49,420 nt of DNA from contig JBGSIV010000088.1 in NCBI GenBank assembly GCA_041742355.1, positions 1 through 49,420 of the forward strand. The letters are read 5' to 3'. Positions 29,898 through 38,933 of the stretch are shown one piece after another (the first letter of the stretch is position 1; each line of letters starts with the position of its first letter). The notes below the pieces were generated by a model. The model was given only the letters and a program-made list of their open reading frames with translations. It was not told the origin of the DNA and did no database searches. Source of the stretch: Candidatus Zixiibacteriota bacterium. Lineage in GTDB: Bacteria; Zixibacteria; MSB-5A5; GN15; FEB-12. A program made the position numbers and the translations under genes.

Positions 29898-30725
29898 ATG
29901 ACAAACTACGAAGCCCCTATCGGCATCTTCGACTCCGGCGTCGGCGGCCTGACGGTCGCCAAAGAGGTGTTTGCCATCCTCCCCGCCGAGAACATCGTCT
30001 ACTTCGGCGATGTCGGCCGGTCCCCCTACGGCGGCCGTTCCAAGGAAATCATCACCCAGTTCACCCGGCAGGACATCGCGCTCCTGCTTGAGCATAAGGT
30101 CAAGTGTATCATCTGCGCCTGCAACACCGCGTCCTCGGTCGCGCTGGAGGATCTCCGTCCCCACTACGGCATCCAGATGATCGGCGTGATCGAACCGGGC
30201 GCCCGGGCCGCGGTCGAGCGCACGAAGAACGGCCGCATCGGTGTGATCGGCACCAACGCCACGATCGGCTCCAACGCCTACGCCCGCTGCATCCACGATA
30301 TCGACCCCAAGCTCAAGGTCTTCTCGCTCGCCTGTCCGCTCTTCGTGCCGCTGGCCGAGGAGGGTTATATCGACAAGGAAGCCACCTTCCTCATAGCCCG
30401 CGACTACCTCCAGACGATGCTCGATGTCGATATCGACACCCTCGTCCTCGGCTGCACGCATTACCCTCTCCTGCGGAAGACGATTCACGATGTCATGGGG
30501 GACGGCATCACGCTGATCGACTCCGGCGAGGAGACGGCCCGTTTCGCGCTGCGCTACCTGACCGAGCAGGGCCTGCTCAACCCGGTGACCGGCGACGCTC
30601 CTATTCGCGAGGGCGTGCACAAGTATTTCGTGTCCGATGTCCCGGAGAAGTTCGGTTCGATCGCGACCCGTTTCCTCGGCCGCCACATCGAGAAGATCAC
30701 GCGGGTGGATATAAGCGAGTACTGA
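29898..30725 (+). CDS. murI: Glutamate racemase
   Basis: PIGIFDSGVGGLTV, ACNTAS, LGCTHYP. Confidence 0.98.
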   Translation: MTNYEAPIGIFDSGVGGLTVAKEVFAILPAENIVYFGDVGRSPYGGRSKEIITQFTRQDIALLLEHKVKCIICACNTASSVALEDLRPHYGIQMIGVIEPGARAAVERTKNGRIGVIGTNATIGSNAYARCIHDIDPKLKVFSLACPLFVPLAEEGYIDKEATFLIARDYLQTMLDVDIDTLVLGCTHYPLLRKTIHDVMGDGITLIDSGEETARFALRYLTEQGLLNPVTGDAPIREGVHKYFVSDVPEKFGSIATRFLGRHIEKITRVDISEY

Positions 30726-30746
30726 GGGATTGCACGGGCGGAAATT

Positions 30747-31112
30747 GTAGGTCGGGTCGCCCACAGCTTGCTGTGGGATCGGTGAAAACACACTTGACTG
30801 CTCTGACTATAAGAACAGATCGACGCAGTCAACGCAAGGAGTTTTGGCGACCCAGATGTCTCTTTCTAGTAGGTCAAACACGGCTTTGCGTGTTTGACGG
30901 GAAAGATAGAAGACTGGATCCCGGGGCAAGCCCGGGATGACAGAACCTGGAGGTCAGACTCAGGCCAACGTCAGGACCATAAAGGTCCTGACCTACATCA
31001 GGAACCTGTAAATGACCTTCTTCTTGTAGGTCAGGACCCTTGCGGTCCTGACATTGGATAAATCGAAGACTGGATTCACTAATCGTCACCCTTCGACTCC
31101 GCTCAGGGTGAC
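30747..31112. repeat. Mosaic REP-like array (A, B', C, B, B, E) colinear with 2248-2557
   Basis: A 30754-30780, B' 30869-30898, C 30916-30942, B 30970-30996 and 31026-31052, E 31085-31112. Confidence 0.88.
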
Positions 31113-31139
31113 GTCGATTTCGACATAACGGAGGACCCT

Positions 31140-31271
31140 ATGTCCGATGACATCACTCCCGACGACAAGAAGTGGCTGACTATCATCGTCGCCCTGATCC
31201 TCCTGCTGCTCATCATCAGCACGTACCAGTTCTGGCCGGAATCGCTGCGGCTGTTTGACTGGCCGGGGTGA
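31140..31271 (+). CDS. 43-aa single-pass membrane microprotein (absent from the ORF track)
   Basis: GGAGG SD; MSDDITPDDKKWLTIIVALILLLLIISTYQFWPESLRLFDWPG; high-GC3 codon usage like neighbouring genes. Confidence 0.7.
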   Translation: MSDDITPDDKKWLTIIVALILLLLIISTYQFWPESLRLFDWPG

Positions 31272-31307
31272 ACCAAAACCAAAACCTGATCACGAGAGAG
31301 AATTCTG

Positions 31308-31910
31308 ATGCAACTCGTCCTCGCCACCAATAATCGCGACAAGATCGTCGAAATCAAACACCTCCTCGAGGACCTCCCCATCACCATCCTCACCGCCGAC
31401 GATTACCTCGAATTCCCCGATGTCGAGGAGACCGGCGACACCCTCGAGGAAAACGCCCTCCTCAAAGCCACCACCATCGCCGGCTGGGCCGACCTCCCCG
31501 CTCTCGCCGATGACTCCGGCCTCGAGGTCGATGCACTGGGCGGCGCGCCGGGCGTCTATTCCTCACGCTATGCCGGCCCGGATGTCACGTATGAGGACAA
31601 TTACCTGAAACTGCTCAAAGAACTCTCCGGCGTTCCGCGCGAGAGCCGCACCGCCCGTTTCCGCTGCGTGATCGCGATCGACTGGGCCGACGGCACCCAT
31701 GAGGTCGTATCGGGTGTCGCCGAGGGGATAATCGCCGAGACGGTCGCCCCCGGCCAGGGTTTCGGCTATGACCCGGTTTTCTTCCACACGGCGTCGGGCA
31801 AACACTTCTCCGAGATGACGGTCGAGGAGAAGAACCGCGTCTCCCACCGCGGCCTCGCGCTGATGCGCGCGCGCGACGCGATCATCGACCGCCTGAATAG
31901 AAAGCTCTGA
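31308..31910 (+). CDS. rdgB: Non-canonical purine NTP pyrophosphatase RdgB/HAM1
   Basis: LATNNRDK, ENALLKA, ADDSGL, GFGYDPVF, KNRVSHRG. Confidence 0.97.
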   Translation: MQLVLATNNRDKIVEIKHLLEDLPITILTADDYLEFPDVEETGDTLEENALLKATTIAGWADLPALADDSGLEVDALGGAPGVYSSRYAGPDVTYEDNYLKLLKELSGVPRESRTARFRCVIAIDWADGTHEVVSGVAEGIIAETVAPGQGFGYDPVFFHTASGKHFSEMTVEEKNRVSHRGLALMRARDAIIDRLNRKL

Positions 31911-31949
31911 CAGAAGCACCGGCGGCGGACAGGTTCGTTCGCCGCCTTC

Positions 31950-32345
31950 CTACTTCTTCAGAATCGTCTCGATCTTCGTCGCGGTCGGCGTGAAGATCTT
32001 GTAGAAGTAAACCTCCCGGCTCAGTGTATCGAGCGGCACCCAGGTTGTCTCAGCCGCTTCCCCCCGTCCGCTGATTCGCAGCGCGCGGCTGCACGCGAAC
32101 GTGTGCACTCCCTCGCACAGCACCGAATCCAGGAGCCGTCCCACCGGTGTCCCGGTATCCTCGATCAGTTCGACCCGCACCTTCTGGCAGCTGTCGACCG
32201 CTACCTGGATAATCGGCCCCGACTCGAACGTCGCGTGTTTGGCCTGGTCGTATACTTCGTAGAGCGCCCCCCGAGGCCCTCGCCCCGCGCAGCCAATCAG
32301 GAACCCCAGTAGCAACAGCACGATCGCTTGTTTCATGCTCACCAT
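31950..32345 (-). CDS. Lipoprotein resembling an isolated FlgD-Ig/T9SS CTD-like domain
   Basis: LIGC lipobox; VRVELIEDTGTPVGRLLDSVLCEGVH...EVYFYKIFT; GGAGAG SD before ATG 32345. Confidence 0.65.
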   Translation of the reverse strand: MVSMKQAIVLLLLGFLIGCAGRGPRGALYEVYDQAKHATFESGPIIQVAVDSCQKVRVELIEDTGTPVGRLLDSVLCEGVHTFACSRALRISGRGEAAETTWVPLDTLSREVYFYKIFTPTATKIETILKK

Positions 32346-32426
32346 CGCGTTCTCTCCAAAACCAGACTTACGATTCCGGGGACAAATATACACGCATCGC
32401 AGGGTTCTGTCAAAACGACTCAAAAC

Positions 32427-32454
32427 AAAACCGGCGGTCTTTCGACCGCCGGTT
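32427..32454 (-). terminator. Intrinsic terminator for the leftward PorV/dehydrogenase transcript
   Basis: aaccggcggtc-tttc-gaccgccggtt with a T-run on the minus strand. Confidence 0.6.
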
Positions 32455-32580
32455 CACTTGCACTTGGTCTCTCCACAGTGAGACTAGTTGCGCCATATTA
32501 TACGCATCTCACCGGGCCTGGCGCAGCAGGGCGGGCGTTACCACAGTCCTGCCATTAGCCCACGACAACTTCCGGGCACT

Positions 32581-32731
32581 GTCATCCCGGGCAACGACCC
32601 GGGATCCAGTCTTTGTGGTGTCAGGTGGGGTCACCTGACACCACGCACGAAGGTCCGTGGCCCTGAGTACCCCACAGCTTGCTGTGGGTTCATCTATCGC
32701 ACCTGAGTACCCCACAGCTTGCTGTGGGTTC
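32581..32731. repeat. REP-like cluster: family C, family F and two identical 30-bp family A units
   Basis: gtcatcccggg...cccgggatcc 32581-32607; gtggtgtcaggtg...cacctgacaccac 32615-32644; cctgagtaccccacagcttgctgtgggttc at 32662-32691 and 32702-32731. Confidence 0.88.
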
Positions 32732-32751
32732 CTCCGATGCACGCCTGACGC

Positions 32752-33882
32752 CTACAGCTTCGCCGCGACCGCCTGTCCCACCTCGATCGAGGTGTTGCAG
32801 CCGCCCATATCGTACGTGCGGACCTTGCCTTCTTTCACCACAGCCGCGATCGCGTTCTCGAGCTGTTCGGCCTTGGACTTCTCGCCCAGCCAGTCCAGCA
32901 TCAGTTTCACCGACAGGAACATCGCCATCGGATTCACTTTGTACTGCCCGGCGTATTTCGGCGCGGAGCCGTGGGTCGGCTCGAACACGGCAAATTTGTC
33001 GCCGATGTTCCCGCTCGCCGCGAATCCCAGGCCGCCGACCAGTTGCGCGCACAGGTCGCTGATGATATCGCCGAACATGTTCGAGGTCACGATGACCGAG
33101 TAGTCCAGCGGGTTCTTGATCAGCCACATGCACATCGCGTCGATATTCGTTTCCCAGAGCTCGATTCCCGGGTAATCCTTCGCCACTTCGCGCGCGGTGC
33201 GCACCATGAGGCCCGAGGTCTCTCGGATCACGTTGGGCTTCTCGACCAGCGTGACCGCTTTCTGGTTGTACTTCTTCGCCCATTCGAACGCGTCGGTGAT
33301 GATGTTGCGGCATCCCTCGCGGGTGTTGATCCGCAATGACACGGCGATATCCTTGCCGTCGTGCCGGTCGAATTTACCCATCGCCTTGTTGTGCTTTTTG
33401 ATCACCTGGCGCACTTCATCCGGCAGCGGGTGGAACTCCACGCCGCTGTACAGATCTTCGGTGTTCTCGCGGAACACCACGATGTCAATCCCCTCTTTGA
33501 AATTGAGCGGATTGCCGGGGTACGCCTTGCACGGGCGCAGGTTGGTGCGGAGGTTGAACTCCTGGCGAAGCCGTACGATCGGCGAGGAGTAAATGTGTCC
33601 CTTCCCCTGCATCGCAGGCGGCAGTTCCTGCTCGGCTTCGTCGCGCGGCTTGGAGGTAATCGCGCCGAACAGGGCGCAGTCGCTTTCCTTGAGGATCTTG
33701 ATCGTCCGGTCCGGCAGCGGGTTTCCCTCCGACCGCCAGAACTCCCATCCGATATCCGCGTGCGGGTACTCCGCATCCAGCTTCAGCTTGTCGAGTACGA
33801 TCTTCGCGGCGTCCATTACGTCGTTCCCGACACCGTCTCCCGGCATCCAGGCGATCTTGTACTTGGCCATTTCCGAGTTCAT
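32752..33882 (-). CDS. Isocitrate/isopropylmalate (beta-decarboxylating) dehydrogenase family, homoisocitrate-DH-like
   Basis: PGDGVG, LFGAITS, YSSPIVRLR, RENTEDLY, NMFGDIISD, FEPTHGSAPKYAG, NPMA. Confidence 0.9.
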   Translation of the reverse strand: MNSEMAKYKIAWMPGDGVGNDVMDAAKIVLDKLKLDAEYPHADIGWEFWRSEGNPLPDRTIKILKESDCALFGAITSKPRDEAEQELPPAMQGKGHIYSSPIVRLRQEFNLRTNLRPCKAYPGNPLNFKEGIDIVVFRENTEDLYSGVEFHPLPDEVRQVIKKHNKAMGKFDRHDGKDIAVSLRINTREGCRNIITDAFEWAKKYNQKAVTLVEKPNVIRETSGLMVRTAREVAKDYPGIELWETNIDAMCMWLIKNPLDYSVIVTSNMFGDIISDLCAQLVGGLGFAASGNIGDKFAVFEPTHGSAPKYAGQYKVNPMAMFLSVKLMLDWLGEKSKAEQLENAIAAVVKEGKVRTYDMGGCNTSIEVGQAVAAKL

Positions 33883-33887
33883 TCCCT

Positions 33888-34793
33888 TTACAGCGTAAAT
33901 GTCAGATTGAAAAGGTGCTTCGTACCCAGATCTTTCGTGTATGGCACGAAGGCGTAGTCGACCGTCAGATTGCGCTGCACGAACGACGCCCCGGCCGTGA
34001 AATTTTTCGTGTCGTATCCCGCCATGTATCCCGCCCGCACCTGGAACAGCTCGTGCACGGCCGCCTCGACGCCCACGTGCCCGTGCGCGTCGTCATCGAG
34101 GTACACCAGGTCCGCGCTTCCCAGGAACCGATCGTAGGTGTAGGCCGCGCCGAGTCGGTACTGCGTCGGCAATTCGATCGGCCGCGAGTTCGGCCGCCCC
34201 GCAACATCGAGCGTCATCTCCGAACCGAGATTCATCGCCGACGCCCCGAGCGCCAGCTCCGGCGTCGCCTGCACGGTCACGCCGAGGTCGGCGTTGAACG
34301 CCCAGCCGTTGGCCTCATCGATCTTCTCGAAATACCAGCCCGCCGATACGCCCGCGGTAACCCTGTCGGTGACCGCGTAGGCCGCGCCGACTTTGAACGA
34401 CGCATCCTGGGCATCGAACAGCTCGAGCGGTTCGGAGGACGGTGTCGCGCCGCGCTTCTGGATATCCCCGATCGAGGCATACCTGATTCCCGCGTGCACC
34501 GACAGCTTCGGCCACAGCGAAAACGCCGCGTGGCCGCTCTCGAGTCGGATATTCTCCCAGTAGGCGACGTGCCCGAACGATCCGGCCAGCCGTTCTGTTA
34601 CGAACGCCGCGGCCGGATTGTAGACCATGCCATCGGGCGATCCGCTCACCGCGGTGAACGCCCCGCCCATGCCGGCCGGCCGCGCGCCGGTCTCGACCTT
34701 CATGAGCGCCAGTCCGTCCTGCGCCATAACGGCAGACGAGCAGAAAACAGCACCGACCAGAACCATTAAAATCCACACCAGATGTCTAATCAT
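33888..34793 (-). CDS. PorV/PorQ-family outer-membrane beta-barrel
   Basis: Signal peptide; GARPAGMGGAFTAV...YNPAA; amphipathic strands; DYAFVPY...HLFNLTFTL end. Confidence 0.85.
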   Translation of the reverse strand: MIRHLVWILMVLVGAVFCSSAVMAQDGLALMKVETGARPAGMGGAFTAVSGSPDGMVYNPAAAFVTERLAGSFGHVAYWENIRLESGHAAFSLWPKLSVHAGIRYASIGDIQKRGATPSSEPLELFDAQDASFKVGAAYAVTDRVTAGVSAGWYFEKIDEANGWAFNADLGVTVQATPELALGASAMNLGSEMTLDVAGRPNSRPIELPTQYRLGAAYTYDRFLGSADLVYLDDDAHGHVGVEAAVHELFQVRAGYMAGYDTKNFTAGASFVQRNLTVDYAFVPYTKDLGTKHLFNLTFTL

Positions 34794-34805
34794 AATCTTC
34801 TTCCT

Positions 34806-35045
34806 GTAGGTCAGGACCCTCGTGGTCCTGACATTGGCCTGCACCGACTCTCGAACCTAAACCAACATTCAGACGCTGTCATCCCGGGCAACGACCCGGG
34901 ATCCAGTTTTTGTGCTGCCAGGTGGGGACACCTGACAGCACAGCAAACCTAGACCGACACTCAGACACCGTCATCCCGGGCTCGACCCGGGATCCAGACC
35001 TTTCTCTCTGCTCGCGTCAAACACGCAGAGCCGTGTTTGACCTAC
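34806..35045. repeat. Mosaic REP-like array (B, C, F, C, B'), reverse orientation of the B'-C-B core of the 2353/30869 arrays
   Basis: B 34806-34832, C 34878-34904, F 34912-34941, C 34970-34995, B' 35016-35045. Confidence 0.88.
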
Positions 35046-35084
35046 TTTCGATCCTTCGGTGCCGGCGACACCGCCGTCACTTTC

Positions 35085-36071
35085 TCAGAACAGCAAATCA
35101 AACGAGAAGATGTGCTCCGACCCTTCGTCTTCACGGTCAGTCGAGAACGCATAGTCTATCGCCAGCATTTGCCGCCCGAACTTGAACATGTATCCCGTTC
35201 CGGCCGCCAGCCGCCCGTTGGAGAACCCTCCCCGGAGCGCCAGTTCCGGCACGACAAAGTACTCCGCTCCGATATGCAGCCGCGGATCCTGTTCCGTATT
35301 CTTGTAGGCGTCGGCCGCCACGAGCAGCTTGCGATCGAGAAACCGCGCCGAGCCCCCCAGCCCAACCTCCAGCGGCACTTCGTCATCCTGCTCGGATCCA
35401 AATGTCCCACCGTAGACCACGTTGTAATCCCCCGACTCCCACCGGTACTTGGCCGCGATATTCTTCACCACCAGCCCGAGCCGGATATCCTGCACCGCCA
35501 TGAATTCGCGCCGATCCCGGTCGAACAACTGGCTGACATAGAGCATTACGCCGGCGTCGATCCCAATTGAGTACGACGCCATCTCGGCAAATGTCGCGTG
35601 CAGGTAGGTCGCGCGCATTCCCAGCGAGAGGTAATCCTCGAACCGTTTGGCGAAGAGCGCCGATACGGCGTGGTTGTTGTAGCTCAACTCACCGTCGATC
35701 TCGCGGCCGTCCGAATCGCGCCGTTGTACGCTTCCCGACCCGAAATAGTGCCAGTTGAGCCCCACCACCGACTTCTCCCGCGTTGGCAGCAGGAATGTCA
35801 GGTATCCCAGCTTCCGGTCAAGATCCATCACGCGGTACGAGGTCGCGAAGAGCTTGTGGTCGGCCGAAACGATTCCGGCCGGATTGTACAGCGGTCCCGC
35901 GCCGTCATCCGAAACCCCCAGGTATGCGCCGCCCATGCCGGCCGGACGGGCCCCGATTGGGATCTGGAACTGCGCCCCGGCATATCCGCCGTCGCCGTCC
36001 TCCGCCCACACCGGTGTCGCCAGCAGGACCGCGATCACTATCGCCGCTGTTCGTTTCATGCTGTACCTCAT
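35085..36071 (-). CDS. PorV/PorQ-family outer-membrane beta-barrel
   Basis: Signal peptide; FQIPIGARPAGMGGAYLGVSDD...YNPAG; IDYAF...HIFSFDLLF C-terminal Phe. Confidence 0.85.
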   Translation of the reverse strand: MRYSMKRTAAIVIAVLLATPVWAEDGDGGYAGAQFQIPIGARPAGMGGAYLGVSDDGAGPLYNPAGIVSADHKLFATSYRVMDLDRKLGYLTFLLPTREKSVVGLNWHYFGSGSVQRRDSDGREIDGELSYNNHAVSALFAKRFEDYLSLGMRATYLHATFAEMASYSIGIDAGVMLYVSQLFDRDRREFMAVQDIRLGLVVKNIAAKYRWESGDYNVVYGGTFGSEQDDEVPLEVGLGGSARFLDRKLLVAADAYKNTEQDPRLHIGAEYFVVPELALRGGFSNGRLAAGTGYMFKFGRQMLAIDYAFSTDREDEGSEHIFSFDLLF

Positions 36072-38695
36072 GGAATCACCGCCAGTTTGCCCCAGCGGAC
36101 TTCGCCGGTGGAGTATTCAACCTTGAAATAGTACACCCCTACCGCGACCTTGTCCCCTTTGCCGTTGTGCCCGTCCCACCTGTTCACTCCAGTCTGCCGC
36201 CCCTGGTACACGCCTGGCGAAAATTCCTCGTTGTCGACAACCCGCCTGACCAGATTCATGGCAGCATCAAAAATCTCAATTGTTATTCGCGCCGTCTTTT
36301 CAACGGTGAAATGGAACTCGGCCGCATCACCAGCTGATAGCCGGATCGGCACAGGATACGCGTAAACCTCGTCGGCTGATGAACTCGAGTCAATATAGTA
36401 GAGGCTTCGCTTGCTTATCAACGTCTCCAAATCCATTACGACAGTCGCCTGATCACTTCCAATCCACAGCTCGTTCCCGATCACCGCCACAGCATAGACA
36501 GCGGTTCCTGGATCTATCAGGTACGAACCAGTCGTGTCAACAACCGCCAGAGTATCCCAGACATGCAGATTCTCGTTGTGACACATAAGCACGCCTGCGA
36601 TGTCACCTGCAACAAACACCCGGCCACTGTCGCTATCGAAGGCGAAGTTCCAGGCCGACTCGCCGTGAAGGACGCTGTCCCAGACAAGCGCCGCCTGACC
36701 TGTCGTATCCACCTCCAGGAACCGTCCCACCGAAATGCCCGCTTCGCCCGGTATGTTGCCGGCGCCAGGCTGACACGCCAGCCAGATGCGCGCGAATTCC
36801 TCACCCTCCACCGTCTGCAATCCCATCGCCGGGATAAAGCTGCCGGTGATTCCCAGCCGCGACGACAGCGGCGTGTGCTGCAGTACGAAGTCCGCCGCCA
36901 GCGAATCGAGGTTCGGCCGGAATACCTTGTAGTGTGTCCCGGTAAAGGTCGAGTCTATCGCGTGGGTGATGGCAAATCCGTTGTTCGACCCGACAAAAGC
37001 CGTGTCGCCGAGGGCCGCCATCACCGTGATCGTATCGGAGTCGAATCGCACCGCCGAAGTGCTGTCGCGCACGTAGTACAGGATCGAGGGATTGCCGCCG
37101 TCGGTGCTGTACCGCATCCCGGCATGCCCCATCGCCAGGACCGTGTCGCCGAAAAACTCGATATCATTGGTCAGCACATTCGGCTGAAAGACCTCCCACT
37201 GGAACGTCGTATCGCTCGGGGGGGGCAACTCCAGCAGCCGCGATCCCCGATACACCGCCGGCGCCCCGCCCGCCGTCAACGCCCGGTTGATTGTCCAGAT
37301 CGCCGACGAATCGTAATCGCCGAGCGTATCGGTGAACACCTGCGTGAATATGTCGATCACCCGCGAGCCGCTCTCAAAGGGGGTCTCGGGGAACCGGTCA
37401 AACCGCGACGAATCAATGTCCCCGTTCCCCGCCATGTACAAAGTCACCAGTCCGGAATCGGTCCCGACCCGCAGCGTGTCGGCCAGCGCCTCAAGGCCCC
37501 AGACGACGTTGCGCCGGTTAGCCGCGGCGGTATTCGACGAATCCACGAAGATCCGCGCCCACGTGTCGCCGGTATCAGCCGAAACCCACAGCCCTTCCGT
37601 CTCCATCGCCACGTACAGCCGCCCCTGCATGTCGATAATCTCGTGAATCCGCTCCGTCGGTCCGGTGTACGGCACGAAGGCATCTATCTCGGAGTAGGAC
37701 TCCCCGCCGTCGTTCGACACCGCCAACCCGGCGGCGTTGCCGCTCCGGCTCTCCCAGGTCGCGGCGAACAGCAGTCCGGCGAACGCATGGAGATCGCTCA
37801 CGAACGCTCCCGGCAGGCCATTATCGACAAATGCCGCGTGGAAGGTCTGTCCCTTGGTCGAGGCCCGCGTCACGCCGCCGTCACCGCCGATAAACACGAC
37901 GGTCGTGTCTCCCGGCAGGCAGTCGGAGCAAAACTCAACATCGGCAATCCACTTCGAGTTCGGTTTGTTCTCAGCGGGCGCATACACGTACTGCAGTACC
38001 CCGTCGGCCGATCCCGCCCACACGAACATCGAATCACCGTGCGTCGTATCGGCCGCGCAGGAGAACGCGCGCATCCGGTATGGCAGATCCCCGTCGTAGT
38101 TCGGATTGGTATAGAACTGACTGAAGGCAGTGGAATCCTGGGGCGAGGCGTACAGCCGCCGCCAGCTCTGGCCGCCGTCACGCGAACCGATGAATCCGCC
38201 GGCGAAATTGGCCGTGAACGCCCAGTCGTCCCCCTGCGCCGATCCGGCCGCGACGTCGTAGACCGTCTTCTGCGCGCCGAACGCAAACGGCACGGTTGCG
38301 CCAGTCTGACCCAGATCCACCGTGTGGAAGGTCTGGCCGTCGTCCTCGGTGTACTGCAAGGTGTCGGAATACGTCACCTGGGTTCCCCCGACTATCTGCG
38401 TGTAAGCGGTCGCCACCCATAAGCGCCCTTTGAACGAGCGCAGTGCCGACACGTCGTCCCGCTTGAGACCGTTGCCCGCGTTGTACAGAAGCCATGTCTG
38501 GCCCCCGTCCAGCGAGAAATTCAATCCCTGTCCCGTCGCCATCCAGATACCGCCCGCGTGCTCGACGATATCGATGACGGTGTTGCTGGCGATCGTGGTG
38601 TCCGGCTCATCCATAGTCCCCATCAGCGCGGCCTGCACCGATGGAGAGAGAGCCAGAAGCGCCGCAACCGCCAGAATCCGCAGACCCGATGCCAT
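36068..38695 (-). CDS. Large exported beta-propeller (BNR/Asp-box) protein with C-terminal FlgD-Ig/T9SS-like domain
   Basis: Signal peptide from ATG 38695; SxDGGxxW Asp-boxes; C-term VYAYPVP...IFDAAMNLVR...WDGHNGKGDKVAVGVYYFKV...GKLAVIP; stop overlaps the next start (ATGA). Confidence 0.85.
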   Translation of the reverse strand: MASGLRILAVAALLALSPSVQAALMGTMDEPDTTIASNTVIDIVEHAGGIWMATGQGLNFSLDGGQTWLLYNAGNGLKRDDVSALRSFKGRLWVATAYTQIVGGTQVTYSDTLQYTEDDGQTFHTVDLGQTGATVPFAFGAQKTVYDVAAGSAQGDDWAFTANFAGGFIGSRDGGQSWRRLYASPQDSTAFSQFYTNPNYDGDLPYRMRAFSCAADTTHGDSMFVWAGSADGVLQYVYAPAENKPNSKWIADVEFCSDCLPGDTTVVFIGGDGGVTRASTKGQTFHAAFVDNGLPGAFVSDLHAFAGLLFAATWESRSGNAAGLAVSNDGGESYSEIDAFVPYTGPTERIHEIIDMQGRLYVAMETEGLWVSADTGDTWARIFVDSSNTAAANRRNVVWGLEALADTLRVGTDSGLVTLYMAGNGDIDSSRFDRFPETPFESGSRVIDIFTQVFTDTLGDYDSSAIWTINRALTAGGAPAVYRGSRLLELPPPSDTTFQWEVFQPNVLTNDIEFFGDTVLAMGHAGMRYSTDGGNPSILYYVRDSTSAVRFDSDTITVMAALGDTAFVGSNNGFAITHAIDSTFTGTHYKVFRPNLDSLAADFVLQHTPLSSRLGITGSFIPAMGLQTVEGEEFARIWLACQPGAGNIPGEAGISVGRFLEVDTTGQAALVWDSVLHGESAWNFAFDSDSGRVFVAGDIAGVLMCHNENLHVWDTLAVVDTTGSYLIDPGTAVYAVAVIGNELWIGSDQATVVMDLETLISKRSLYYIDSSSSADEVYAYPVPIRLSAGDAAEFHFTVEKTARITIEIFDAAMNLVRRVVDNEEFSPGVYQGRQTGVNRWDGHNGKGDKVAVGVYYFKVEYSTGEVRWGKLAVIP

Positions 38696-38933
38696 GTTGA
38701 TCAAATGGTTACCCCTGTCACAAAAAAAGCCGCTTTCAGCCACAACGGGTGGCTTCAACGGCGCTGATAGGATTGTTCGGTCTTCGCAAGGTTACCAACC
38801 AGTTGGCCTGAACCGTTCTTCATCTTTGTATTCAGGCCCGAACATAGTGAATAGTCGTATCAATAGCAATCTTTTTCGGTCGGCGCACCTCCTGGTGATG
38901 ACTATTAAACCCACCACCATTCAACAGGTTCCA

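Noticed and set aside
32662..32731. Two identical 30-bp palindromic repeats resembling a mini-CRISPR
   Set aside because: The spacer is only 10 bp, there are just two units, no cas genes are present, and the core is a dispersed repeat found at five other sites.
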